Translations under genes and position numbers: made by a program
Part shown: piece after piece, positions 40,380 to 49,382 of the stretch
Position numbering within the stretch: the first letter of the stretch is position 1
How the letters are laid out: each line of letters opens with the position of its first letter
Origin: Patescibacteria group bacterium
GTDB lineage: Bacteria > Patescibacteriota > Doudnabacteria > UBA920 > O2-02-FULL-48-8
Reading direction: 5' to 3'
Assembly: GCA_036394315.1 (NCBI GenBank)
Contig: DASWFI010000007.1
Coordinates: 3,984 to 67,983 of the forward strand
DNA: 64,000 nucleotides
The notes under the pieces: generated by a model
Told to the model about the DNA's origin: nothing
The model's database searches: none
What the model saw: only the letters and a program-made list of their open reading frames with translations

Positions 40380-40822
40380 TATGATTTTTGTTCTAACAGC
40401 TTTTTTTCCTCTTCCGTTTTCTGGTCCAGGAGATAAGCCAGTTTTTTCAAACGGCTTTCGTTCGGTTCATCTAATTTATTCTTGGCCAAAACTATAGTTT
40501 CTGCTTTTTTTTCTGTCTTAAAAGACATGTTCACGCTGACATCCTCCCGCTTAAAAATCCTCACTTGGGGTCTTGATGTAAAAGCCACAAACACTCCAAT
40601 ATAACTGAAGAGTGGTCGGCCGTTAAATTTACCAAACGTAAGTCCTAACCCTAATAAGGAAGTAGGGATTGCAAAAAAGTAAAAGAAGATGGACAGCTTA
40701 AGCAGGGAGTAAAAAAACATGACTATGCCGCCGGTTGCTAGAATAATCAAAAACTGCTTTAAAGTCAGAGGGCCAATCAGTTTATCTTCGACTTCTGTGA
40801 ATTGTGGTACAGCGTATTGCAT
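40379..40822 (-). CDS. PrgI family protein
   Basis: MQYAVPQFTEVEDKLIGPLTLKQF, 2 TMs, NGRP. Confidence 0.88.
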   Translation of the reverse strand: MQYAVPQFTEVEDKLIGPLTLKQFLIILATGGIVMFFYSLLKLSIFFYFFAIPTSLLGLGLTFGKFNGRPLFSYIGVFVAFTSRPQVRIFKREDVSVNMSFKTEKKAETIVLAKNKLDEPNESRLKKLAYLLDQKTEEEKKLLEQKS

Positions 40823-40966
40823 TTGTTTTGAGGGTGATTTTGTTTCAAAAACTGTCTAAAACTTCTCAAACATTATACCACAAAAGATCAATCTAATCAA
40901 AAAAATCCTTACGTAGACACCCTAGAACCTTTCAAAGTCGGTCGGGAATGGGATACTCCGTATAAT

Positions 40967-41410
40967 CTAACGCACAAAGTTTCTCAGCCATTTAGCCCAC
41001 CCCTCTCCTTCATCCTCATAAATGCTCCAAAATTCAGCAGGCCGGACAATCTTAACGCCCTTGTATTTTTCTATCTTCAAAAGATGCCTATCAGAAGTGA
41101 TTAGATAATCAGCAAAGCTGGCCACAGCCGATTCCAAAATTTTATTATCTTCATTGTCTTCTTCCACCACACTCAGGCGTTGCGAATTGTTTACGGGTTT
41201 GATGGTATCGAAAAAGTACTCCAGTTTTTTTAAATATCCTTCATCAGAAATTTTTTTATTCGCCAAAAACTTATTTTCTCTCAATGTTGCTGTGTTGGCG
41301 TAAGCTTCTATTTGCCCGCCAATAACCAGATCAACTATCCGATTACTGTAATTATAAAAATCGGATGAGCCGTCAATAAGAAGATTTGTATCTATTACAA
41401 TTTTATACAT
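40967..41410 (-). CDS. PIN-domain nuclease (putative toxin)
   Basis: IVIDTNLL, DNEDNKILESAV, ADYLITSDRHLL. Confidence 0.88.
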   Translation of the reverse strand: MYKIVIDTNLLIDGSSDFYNYSNRIVDLVIGGQIEAYANTATLRENKFLANKKISDEGYLKKLEYFFDTIKPVNNSQRLSVVEEDNEDNKILESAVASFADYLITSDRHLLKIEKYKGVKIVRPAEFWSIYEDEGEGWAKWLRNFVR

Positions 41411-41512
41411 AAATGACTAATTACAAATTTCCAGGGACAAATAAATAATGCCCAATTTTCAACTTGGACATTATATCATTTTATTTGAAACTTGTAATTT
41501 GATATTCAATGC

Positions 41513-43111
41513 TTACAATCTTTGTATTTCTTTTCTCAAATCTGCTATGGCTTCAAATTCTTGTTTAGTCAAATCATTATTTGTTTCCACTCCTGAAAAT
41601 ATCGCTTGGCCGTGAGCCATATAGGATCGGAACAGCGGACTTTCTTCAAAAGCAGTCAAAGCATAATAAGGTATAACTCTATTTGAAAGCGCCAGATCCA
41701 CAATTTTTGTTTTCAAACGCTGAATTTGCTGATCCAATGGGCCTCGTCTCAAATGACTCAACATGATCTTTTTCAAATCATCCATATTTTTTATGTCTGA
41801 AAAGGTCGCCTCAAAAGTGGAAACCGGCCTGGTTATTTTCTCTGGTCCGATAGATGTCGAGTCGGATGACCGGACAGATGATGGAGCAATACTGGCCGGA
41901 GTTACTACTGGCATAGGTGTTTGGAGTATTATTGGTATAGCTGGAGCTACAGTTGCCACTGGGGCCGGTGGTTTAACTACGGGTGCAGACGGTGCAGTTA
42001 TAGCCTTAGGTGCCACATACCGAACTTGTTTCGGGATCTCTGTGTGGGGCGGCAATTCAGGCGTTGAAACCTCTCTCTTGATCTCAGAATTTATTTTATT
42101 CAAATCAGGGTTATTCTTAACCACGGGAGGGGGTATTGGCTTTACTTGCGCTTCCATTCGATGCTTCAAAACTTCTAAATCAGCTCCGTGCCCGGCCGGT
42201 GGAGGAGCAGAAACTTCAGCTAGTTTTTTCTCAAAGGCAGTAATTTCTTTAACCGCTTGCGGGGCGGAGGGTATGAGTGGTTTAGCCATTACAGATGTTG
42301 TAGGCTTAAATGTTGGCACTGAGGATAAAACTGGTTGTGGCTCAGGCCTTAGTGGTTTTGGAACTGGTGGTCGAGTAACGGAAACTGGCTTAGGTACTGG
42401 AATAGGTGCGGGTTGTAATGCTTCTTCCTTTTCTATTACGGGGACATAATTTGGATATTTTAACAAATTATAAATACCTAACACTGAAGACAACAATTGT
42501 TTATCGCCAGGACTCAATGTCTTAACATTTGGACTTGAATAAAAATATTGAGTCATTTGATAGCTGACCCCGCTTAAAGATTTGGGATCAATATAACCCA
42601 AGTAATCTTTAATCCAATTACCAAGGGTATTACGAACGCTCTCTCCGGTTTTTAAACTTACCTGTTGGGTACCGATAGTTTCCTCATTTTGTGCCAGAGC
42701 ACGGATGAGCTTTTGCCTTTCCTCAAAATCCGGCTCTGCTCCGAACTCAAATAGCCGCAAGTACTTCTGAAGGTAATCGATAACACTCGTATTGTTCTTC
42801 ATAGAAACCACTATAATTTCAGAAAGGGTCTGTTCCCGAAATTTATTACCCAACATCTGAAACGCTTGCCAGCCGAGTTTCATTTGAATTTTCTTAAGCC
42901 TGGTATAAATCTCTGTCCCGTTAATCACGCCGGCATATTTATCGACTAATGCACCCAAAGTTTCGTAAAGTTCCGCTCCCTGACCCGGCTCGTAATCATA
43001 CATCGGATCCGATGCCAGTTTTTCAATCAAACCCAAAACTTTCGGATCTTTTAATTGATCCGCTGTCAATCCATTCAAGCTCTCAACTGATAAATTATTC
43101 AGATCTGTCAT
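41513..43111 (-). CDS. Hypothetical protein with a long Pro-rich linker
   Basis: 532 aa; helical N- and C-domains around a P/V/K/A-rich tract. Confidence 0.8.
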   Translation of the reverse strand: MTDLNNLSVESLNGLTADQLKDPKVLGLIEKLASDPMYDYEPGQGAELYETLGALVDKYAGVINGTEIYTRLKKIQMKLGWQAFQMLGNKFREQTLSEIIVVSMKNNTSVIDYLQKYLRLFEFGAEPDFEERQKLIRALAQNEETIGTQQVSLKTGESVRNTLGNWIKDYLGYIDPKSLSGVSYQMTQYFYSSPNVKTLSPGDKQLLSSVLGIYNLLKYPNYVPVIEKEEALQPAPIPVPKPVSVTRPPVPKPLRPEPQPVLSSVPTFKPTTSVMAKPLIPSAPQAVKEITAFEKKLAEVSAPPPAGHGADLEVLKHRMEAQVKPIPPPVVKNNPDLNKINSEIKREVSTPELPPHTEIPKQVRYVAPKAITAPSAPVVKPPAPVATVAPAIPIILQTPMPVVTPASIAPSSVRSSDSTSIGPEKITRPVSTFEATFSDIKNMDDLKKIMLSHLRRGPLDQQIQRLKTKIVDLALSNRVIPYYALTAFEESPLFRSYMAHGQAIFSGVETNNDLTKQEFEAIADLRKEIQRL

Positions 43112-43114
43112 GTT

Positions 43115-45826
43115 TTAAATGGGATTACCTCTATCATCTGTAAGTATAACGCGAGGTGTTTCTGGTTCTGGAGCTCTACTCCTACCCCCTTCTCCACCGT
43201 CGCCTCCTCCACCTGAACGCGAACTTCTAACAGCCGCTTTAATTACTGTTTTATCTCCACTTGGATCAATATACTCAGTTGTATTGTCATAAGTCACGTT
43301 CCCAATTGTAATTTTAGGTCCTGTATATTTGATTCTGACATTTGTTAATTTATTTCGGAACTTTGTATCCATATTCAATTTTTCAGCATACATGGCTCGA
43401 ACCCCATCAGGTTTGACTTCCCAAGCTTCTTTGATTTTCCTCAATTCAAATGGGTCCCTAATTATCACTGCGCCGAAGTCATTACTGCTTTCGTCATCAA
43501 CCATTTCAGAAGTCAAAATACGATCTTTGGTTCTAATTTGAACATTTTGCATACGATTAATAACTTGATCTTCACTAAACTGATCATTAATCTTATGATA
43601 GTGTGCTTGCGAAGCTTTTGTAATATTCATAGGACCCCAAATAATTGACTGGATTTCCTTTTCTCCCGTGACTGGACTTCCATCCTTAGCGTAGCTAGTA
43701 ATAATCTTTCCAGTCTTTTTATCCACTCTCGCCAGTTGTGGTCGCAAAGCATGCGGTGCCGTAGCGATTATATCATTTGCTTTCTTTTTCTCCCATTCAC
43801 CCGCAGCATAGGATGCTTGATGAGTATTTTCCAGTTCATCAATGTTTTCTCCCAGCGCATTCTTAACTTTGTTACCCGTCTTTTTCATGCCCCACTCCCA
43901 TTTATTATTGTTTATATCAAAATAAGAATGTCCAAGATATTCAGCATGACCAGTATTCTTCCCTGCTTCTTCCATATCTTCTCCTACAAATCTCATAGCT
44001 TGTTCGCTATTACCCAAGAAACCTTTTAAGAATCTCTGAATTGAATCCGGACTACTTAAAAGGACAGCATCGTCTCCATTCTCATCTTTTACAACTTCAC
44101 CGTATTTGGCAGCAAAATGCTCCATTCTCAACACATCGTCCTGAAAACCATTTGACAGAGCAGCTTTCATAGCGGCAAGTCTGGTAGTTTCGCCTTCATG
44201 GCCGCCTATCTTCTCAGCCTCAACTAAATAGTTCATTAACTGTTCTTTCTTCATATCGATCAAATATTTCAACTTTTCGTTTTCAGCTCTTCTTTCAGCA
44301 AACTGCGCTCGAGGCAAATTAGTACCCGTAAATACTTTTTCTGCAACTTCTTGTCCTCTTGCTTCTGCAACTTCCTGCGCATGATGGGATAGTTCGTGAG
44401 ATCTTTTTTGAGCTCCTTTAAACGCTGCAACTGGATTGAGCACAGCAAATGCTGCTCTTCGGGTCCATCCAGGTTGCCCGCCATCATGCGGTTGCATTAT
44501 ATGCGAAGTTGCTTCATTCCACTTACGTCCTGCATATCCTCCAGCCATATGTGCTACGCCATGGCTAAACTTTTCTGCAGCTTGCACTACTGCTTTTCCA
44601 CCAACCATACCCGCGTGTTCGGCGACAATTACTGCTCCCCAAATAAATCCCATTAAGATAACATAATTAAAAGCTGAATCCGACGCTGTAAAAGATTTAT
44701 CTTTAGCTACCAACACAGCTAACTGCAACATAAACAAAGCTACCGGTGGCCAGATCAAATATTTGATAAAGTACTGCCACCATTCATGAGCATAATGTTT
44801 CGTAGCGGGTAATACATGCAGAGCATAAGCCAGTGGCGAAAAAATAACCAAAACGTACACGCCCACGATTCGTATAACAAATAATCCAGCTAATGCTAAA
44901 AAACTCGCCAGAGCAACAAAGGTGAAAACGATTTTGGTTATACCTTGGAATAATCCAGCCATCCAGCCGTTTGGCAGCGAACCCAAATCGCTAAAATTAA
45001 CATACCGATAAACAAAAGCCCATATTTCACCGTGATTGGTGCGGAAAACACTAGTCAAGACATTCACCGTATCAAGCAAGGTAGTAGCAATGACCATGCT
45101 AAAATTGACCAATAATGCCATCATTACAGTTTCTGCTAAAAGATGCCGATAATCATAACTTTCAATCCTAAGAATTGCCGCAAGGCCGATGACGATCAGA
45201 ATTAAAATAAAGAACATATTGCTAATATCACGCACAATTGTCCATCCTACAGCCACAAAGGCTGGCATAGTACCTGCTAAAATCCAGTTAACTGCAGTCG
45301 TGAAAATATCTCCGGCTAAAGCCGTCATCCATAAAAGAAAAGCATTCACTGCTGATAATACAAAATTTAAACTCCAACCAATTAACTTACTCGGCCATGC
45401 CGCTGCATTTTGAGCATTCATATCATCCAGATATGCTTTATAAATATCTTTAGATGAAAGTCCGCTTCCCTGCTCTATTCTATTTTGGAGATCATATGAA
45501 CCTGGCGGCTGCTCTACTCGGCCGGCTGAAGTTGCTGAGTATCCAAGATTCTGAGGAAGTATGGTACATCTGGTAATGTTGCCAGTTCGAGTAGGAGTAA
45601 TAACATATAAAGTAGTAAACCTTTTCCCAGTCGCATCTTCAATTTCTTTTCTAAGAGTACCTTCACAAATTGTCTGAGTTTTGTGTGCCTCACCCATTTT
45701 CTTGGCATCTATCTTTATGTCCTGACCTGGTGCTGCCGGCGCAGGCTGTTGGGCAAAAGCAAAATTAACCAGCAACAGGTTTGAGAGGACGAAAATTACG
45801 ATTAATTTTGTAAAATTTATTTTCAT
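43115..45826 (-). CDS. VirB6/TrbL-like polytopic membrane protein with a large C-terminal extension
   Basis: Signal peptide; GWTIVRDISN, ALLVNFS, IRIVGVYVLVIFSPLA, WW. Confidence 0.8.
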   Translation of the reverse strand: MKINFTKLIVIFVLSNLLLVNFAFAQQPAPAAPGQDIKIDAKKMGEAHKTQTICEGTLRKEIEDATGKRFTTLYVITPTRTGNITRCTILPQNLGYSATSAGRVEQPPGSYDLQNRIEQGSGLSSKDIYKAYLDDMNAQNAAAWPSKLIGWSLNFVLSAVNAFLLWMTALAGDIFTTAVNWILAGTMPAFVAVGWTIVRDISNMFFILILIVIGLAAILRIESYDYRHLLAETVMMALLVNFSMVIATTLLDTVNVLTSVFRTNHGEIWAFVYRYVNFSDLGSLPNGWMAGLFQGITKIVFTFVALASFLALAGLFVIRIVGVYVLVIFSPLAYALHVLPATKHYAHEWWQYFIKYLIWPPVALFMLQLAVLVAKDKSFTASDSAFNYVILMGFIWGAVIVAEHAGMVGGKAVVQAAEKFSHGVAHMAGGYAGRKWNEATSHIMQPHDGGQPGWTRRAAFAVLNPVAAFKGAQKRSHELSHHAQEVAEARGQEVAEKVFTGTNLPRAQFAERRAENEKLKYLIDMKKEQLMNYLVEAEKIGGHEGETTRLAAMKAALSNGFQDDVLRMEHFAAKYGEVVKDENGDDAVLLSSPDSIQRFLKGFLGNSEQAMRFVGEDMEEAGKNTGHAEYLGHSYFDINNNKWEWGMKKTGNKVKNALGENIDELENTHQASYAAGEWEKKKANDIIATAPHALRPQLARVDKKTGKIITSYAKDGSPVTGEKEIQSIIWGPMNITKASQAHYHKINDQFSEDQVINRMQNVQIRTKDRILTSEMVDDESSNDFGAVIIRDPFELRKIKEAWEVKPDGVRAMYAEKLNMDTKFRNKLTNVRIKYTGPKITIGNVTYDNTTEYIDPSGDKTVIKAAVRSSRSGGGGDGGEGGRSRAPEPETPRVILTDDRGNPI

Positions 45827-45859
45827 GTGAGCTTAAAGTCTACTAATTTATTGCAATGT

Positions 45860-47245
45860 CTATGGTGATCCCGGTGGTTGAGGTGGCGGGAATCCCGAAG
45901 GAGGTGGACCAGCAGGAGGGAGGGTGCCTCCGCTATTTAGAATAGTGGCTGACCCAATACAATTATTGGGAGGAGTACCACCGAAGATACAATGATCAAT
46001 AATGCCAGTGCCGGAATAACTTACAGCGTCCGCGATACCATCGCCATCAATATCAATATCACCTGGGGACAATTGACCTGGGGCGGGCGTCGTCGCATTC
46101 GGATCACCATAGTCAGTACCAGCATAAACATTAGGGCTGTCTGTCAAAACCCCACCAGTTTTATCTAACCCCAGTTGATTCCAAATAAATTTTCCGAAAG
46201 ATTTGCCGACTTGTGTCCAAAAATCCGTAGAAGGATTATATAAATTGTTGAAATGCTGGCTGATAGCAGCATCCAAATTCTTTTCAATAAATGCAGTTGG
46301 ATTATCGATAAATGACCTGGCTTGATCCACCAGTGAAGCTTGCCATTCCCCTCCTCCGGCCTTGCATGCTGCAGGAGACGTATTAGGGTCAGCTACCGCT
46401 TGCGCCGAAGCAACTTTGATAATACCTAGTTTGTTTAATATGGAGGCTAAAGGGCTCAGCATATTTGGATTATAAGCTCCGCCGGGAGGTGTTGGAAGAG
46501 GCACAACAGTGCCAGGCAATTGTCCTGGTGGAATACCCGGAGTAACTTGATTTGATGGAATTCCTCCTTTACAGCTTCCGCCGATAATTCTTCCGTTCTT
46601 AATCCCCTTGCCCGCCAAAATTTCCAACTGTGAGGCGGAGGTGGCAGAGGATTGGAAAGCGCCGAATTCGCCTTGCAGATTTTGTTCCGTAAAGCTTGGC
46701 GGATTGGAGAAGTAAGCTTGGGCTGCTGCAAAGTATTCCCGATCAGAATTGAAGCTGGATGGATTATAAATTTTCTGCGGATCAATCCCGCCTCTATTAG
46801 TGTATGCCTTATTGATGGCTTTATTTAATCTCGGAATCAATGCTTTGCTCGGATTAATCCCCCCAGTAGTGCCTGTGGGTTGTCCCGTTATAGCAGCCCG
46901 CTCCATTAAAGAATAAACATCTCTTAAATCCGGATCAGTAATATTATCAGCGATATATCGATTCAAATAATAATCCGTCAGTACCCTATCGTAATAAAGG
47001 TAGTTACGGATTTTATACTTATCTACCAATTTATTGGTAAATCGTGTAAGAAATTGTTCTGTGAATCTTTCCAAAACGCCGCGAGCAATACCAATCCCAA
47101 TACGCTCCGCAACCCAACGTATATCAATAGTTGGAAACACTGCCTGCGCTGTTTTTGGAGCAATCAATATACCACCCGTAACTTGAGTGGCTATCAGGAT
47201 TGCGAGAATCGCTCCGGTAATTAATTTAGAAAGTTTGGCTTTCAT
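45860..47245 (-). CDS. Secreted hypothetical protein of the T4SS-like cluster
   Basis: Signal peptide ending APKTAQA; Gly/Pro-rich linkers; DIDGDGIAD Ca-binding-like motif. Confidence 0.75.
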   Translation of the reverse strand: MKAKLSKLITGAILAILIATQVTGGILIAPKTAQAVFPTIDIRWVAERIGIGIARGVLERFTEQFLTRFTNKLVDKYKIRNYLYYDRVLTDYYLNRYIADNITDPDLRDVYSLMERAAITGQPTGTTGGINPSKALIPRLNKAINKAYTNRGGIDPQKIYNPSSFNSDREYFAAAQAYFSNPPSFTEQNLQGEFGAFQSSATSASQLEILAGKGIKNGRIIGGSCKGGIPSNQVTPGIPPGQLPGTVVPLPTPPGGAYNPNMLSPLASILNKLGIIKVASAQAVADPNTSPAACKAGGGEWQASLVDQARSFIDNPTAFIEKNLDAAISQHFNNLYNPSTDFWTQVGKSFGKFIWNQLGLDKTGGVLTDSPNVYAGTDYGDPNATTPAPGQLSPGDIDIDGDGIADAVSYSGTGIIDHCIFGGTPPNNCIGSATILNSGGTLPPAGPPPSGFPPPQPPGSP

Positions 47246-47246
47246 T

Positions 47247-48179
47247 TTAGTTCAATCGTTTGATTTTTTCTTTTTCAATAGCGATTTTTTGAAGTAAGAC
47301 AAAATACGCCTGCGCGTCATCGTACCAAAGATTATTCGCACTGGTGTCAGTTCCCAAAGAAGCCGCGTCCGGCATGCTCACGACTTTCGGAATCAACTGC
47401 ACCAAGCCGATGAAATATTTATGAAGCTGTGCCGTGCTTGGTGGTGTGGGCAAAGCCTTTAGATCAATAGATAATTTCAGAGCGCGGATTTTAATCTCGT
47501 CGATCTGATCTATGTTTCCAGTCTTTGCGGCAGATTTGAGAGTTTGCTCAACGTCGAAATTAAAATATTTTTGCGCAGCCAGATTTAATTTATTAAGGTA
47601 ATCCGTCCGCGCTTCCTTCGAATCGTCTTTCGATACGATGATCTCCTCGGTTTTGACTTCCGGCAATTTTATTTTTGATGAATCAGTCATGTCGTTGATC
47701 AGCTGCTTGACCGAACTATCAAAAACCAAACTCTCTCCCAGTATACTTTCGTCGGTAACGACCTGATCAAAAGGGACTTTTCCTGGTTTACTCGGATCCA
47801 AATTATTTGCCACCATCTGGCCGTCGGTCATGCCATTGTTATTTGAGTCTGGGTTGAGCGGATCCGTATGATAAAAATATTCCTGGGCATTGGTAAGCCC
47901 ATCGTGATCAGGATCGGCATCCGGCCTGCAGTTATCCTGATTACAGACGCTTGTGCCAAAATATTTTTGCAGCCACCACCCTGGAAGTTCTGAATTCGAA
48001 ACAGCCGTCGTGGTACTACTGACAGTCGTTTTATTTTTTGGCTTTATACTCAAATATACGCTAGTGGCAAGAATAAAAATAAGTAAAGCAAATACAAAAT
48101 TTTTCTTTCTGAAAAAATTGTTTTTTCGCTTTACTTCAAAACTTCCGGACTCTTTTTTTTTGTTTTTGTTTCTAAACAT
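47247..48179 (-). CDS. Membrane-anchored protein with TSP3-like Ca-binding repeats
   Basis: TM; DADPDHDGLTNAQEYFYHTDPLNPDSNNNGMTDG. Confidence 0.78.
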   Translation of the reverse strand: MFRNKNKKKESGSFEVKRKNNFFRKKNFVFALLIFILATSVYLSIKPKNKTTVSSTTTAVSNSELPGWWLQKYFGTSVCNQDNCRPDADPDHDGLTNAQEYFYHTDPLNPDSNNNGMTDGQMVANNLDPSKPGKVPFDQVVTDESILGESLVFDSSVKQLINDMTDSSKIKLPEVKTEEIIVSKDDSKEARTDYLNKLNLAAQKYFNFDVEQTLKSAAKTGNIDQIDEIKIRALKLSIDLKALPTPPSTAQLHKYFIGLVQLIPKVVSMPDAASLGTDTSANNLWYDDAQAYFVLLQKIAIEKEKIKRLN

Positions 48180-48487
48180 CGGATTTAATTAGCCAAGGCT
48201 CGGGCCCAAGATTAAAACGGCCACCATATAACCATATGGTGAACAAAGTGATTGGTCGCTTTATGTATTCTCTCAAACATACCGGATTGATTGGCCATAA
48301 AGAAAAACAGGTCTGCCCTCTTCCCTCATTGGCCTTTATTTCTCTCGTTAATTTTTATTTTTTGTTTCTAAAACCACTTAACTTAAATATATTATAGCAC
48401 AAAACTCCAACCTTTGCAAGGGCTGGAGTAAATTTCTAATTACTATTCGACCAAATTTCTAAATAATCTTACAATCGTAATCCAAGT

Positions 48488-49318
48488 TTAGTTATCGAAG
48501 GTTTTATAAAGACTAATCCAGTCTTGAATTGCTAAATCTTGTGGGCGGAGGTTGGGGTTAATATTTGCTTTTTCGAGCCACGATAAAACTTTGTTTCTTT
48601 CCATCTTAAATCCGTGTGCCAGAGTATTCTGGATCATCTTTCGTTTTCCGGCGAAAGCGATTTTGATAATGCGAAAAAATAATTTCCGGTCCCGGATTCC
48701 CGGATGTTTGTTTTTCGGCGTAATTTTCAAAACTACTGAGTCAACTTTTGGCACCGGCCAAAAACTATTTTTAGAAACTGAAGCTGCGATTTCCACGTCC
48801 GCATAAACCTGCACGGAAATTCCGAGTATAGACAAATTCCCCTCGCTCGCCACGACTCTCTCCCCCACTTCCTTCTGGATCATCAGGACCATCAACTTTG
48901 GCGGCTGTGGTTGTTCCAAAAAAAACTGCAAAAGTTTCGAAGTTAAATAATACGGAATATTCGCAACCACTTTATACTCGGATAAAATATTTCTGCTGAC
49001 ATGAAAGCGCAAGATATCCTCATTGATAATTTTTAATTTTTTTTCGCCAGCAAATTCAATTTTAAGCATGGCGGCAAGTTTGGGATCCTTTTCAACTGCC
49101 CAAACTTCTTTTACTACAGCCACCAGCTCCCCTGTCAGAATTCCCAAACCGGGACCGACTTCTAAAACCACATCCGAAGATTTCAATTCCGATACGCTTA
49201 TGATTTTTGAAAGCACATCTTCATCAATCAAAAAATTCTGCCCCATGTAATCGCGGGGTTTAAAATTACGTGCCCTAAGATAATTTTTGAGTTGATCAAC
49301 GTCTGTGAGTTTATTCAT
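48488..49318 (-). CDS. rsmA: 16S rRNA dimethyltransferase KsgA
   Basis: GQNFLID, LEVGPGLG, VANIPYY, FWPVPKVDS. Confidence 0.97.
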   Translation of the reverse strand: MNKLTDVDQLKNYLRARNFKPRDYMGQNFLIDEDVLSKIISVSELKSSDVVLEVGPGLGILTGELVAVVKEVWAVEKDPKLAAMLKIEFAGEKKLKIINEDILRFHVSRNILSEYKVVANIPYYLTSKLLQFFLEQPQPPKLMVLMIQKEVGERVVASEGNLSILGISVQVYADVEIAASVSKNSFWPVPKVDSVVLKITPKNKHPGIRDRKLFFRIIKIAFAGKRKMIQNTLAHGFKMERNKVLSWLEKANINPNLRPQDLAIQDWISLYKTFDN

Positions 49319-49382
49319 TAAAGTAATTATAGTAATTTGCTTCGCGTAATTAATAATAATTTTTGTAACGACTTAATTACAA

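Noticed and set aside
41763-42449. 228-aa Gly/Thr-rich plus-strand ORF
   Set aside because: Antisense mirror of the Pro-rich tract of 41513-43111
48190-48380. Small gene upstream of the TSP3-repeat protein
   Set aside because: All minus-strand frames close within about 30 codons
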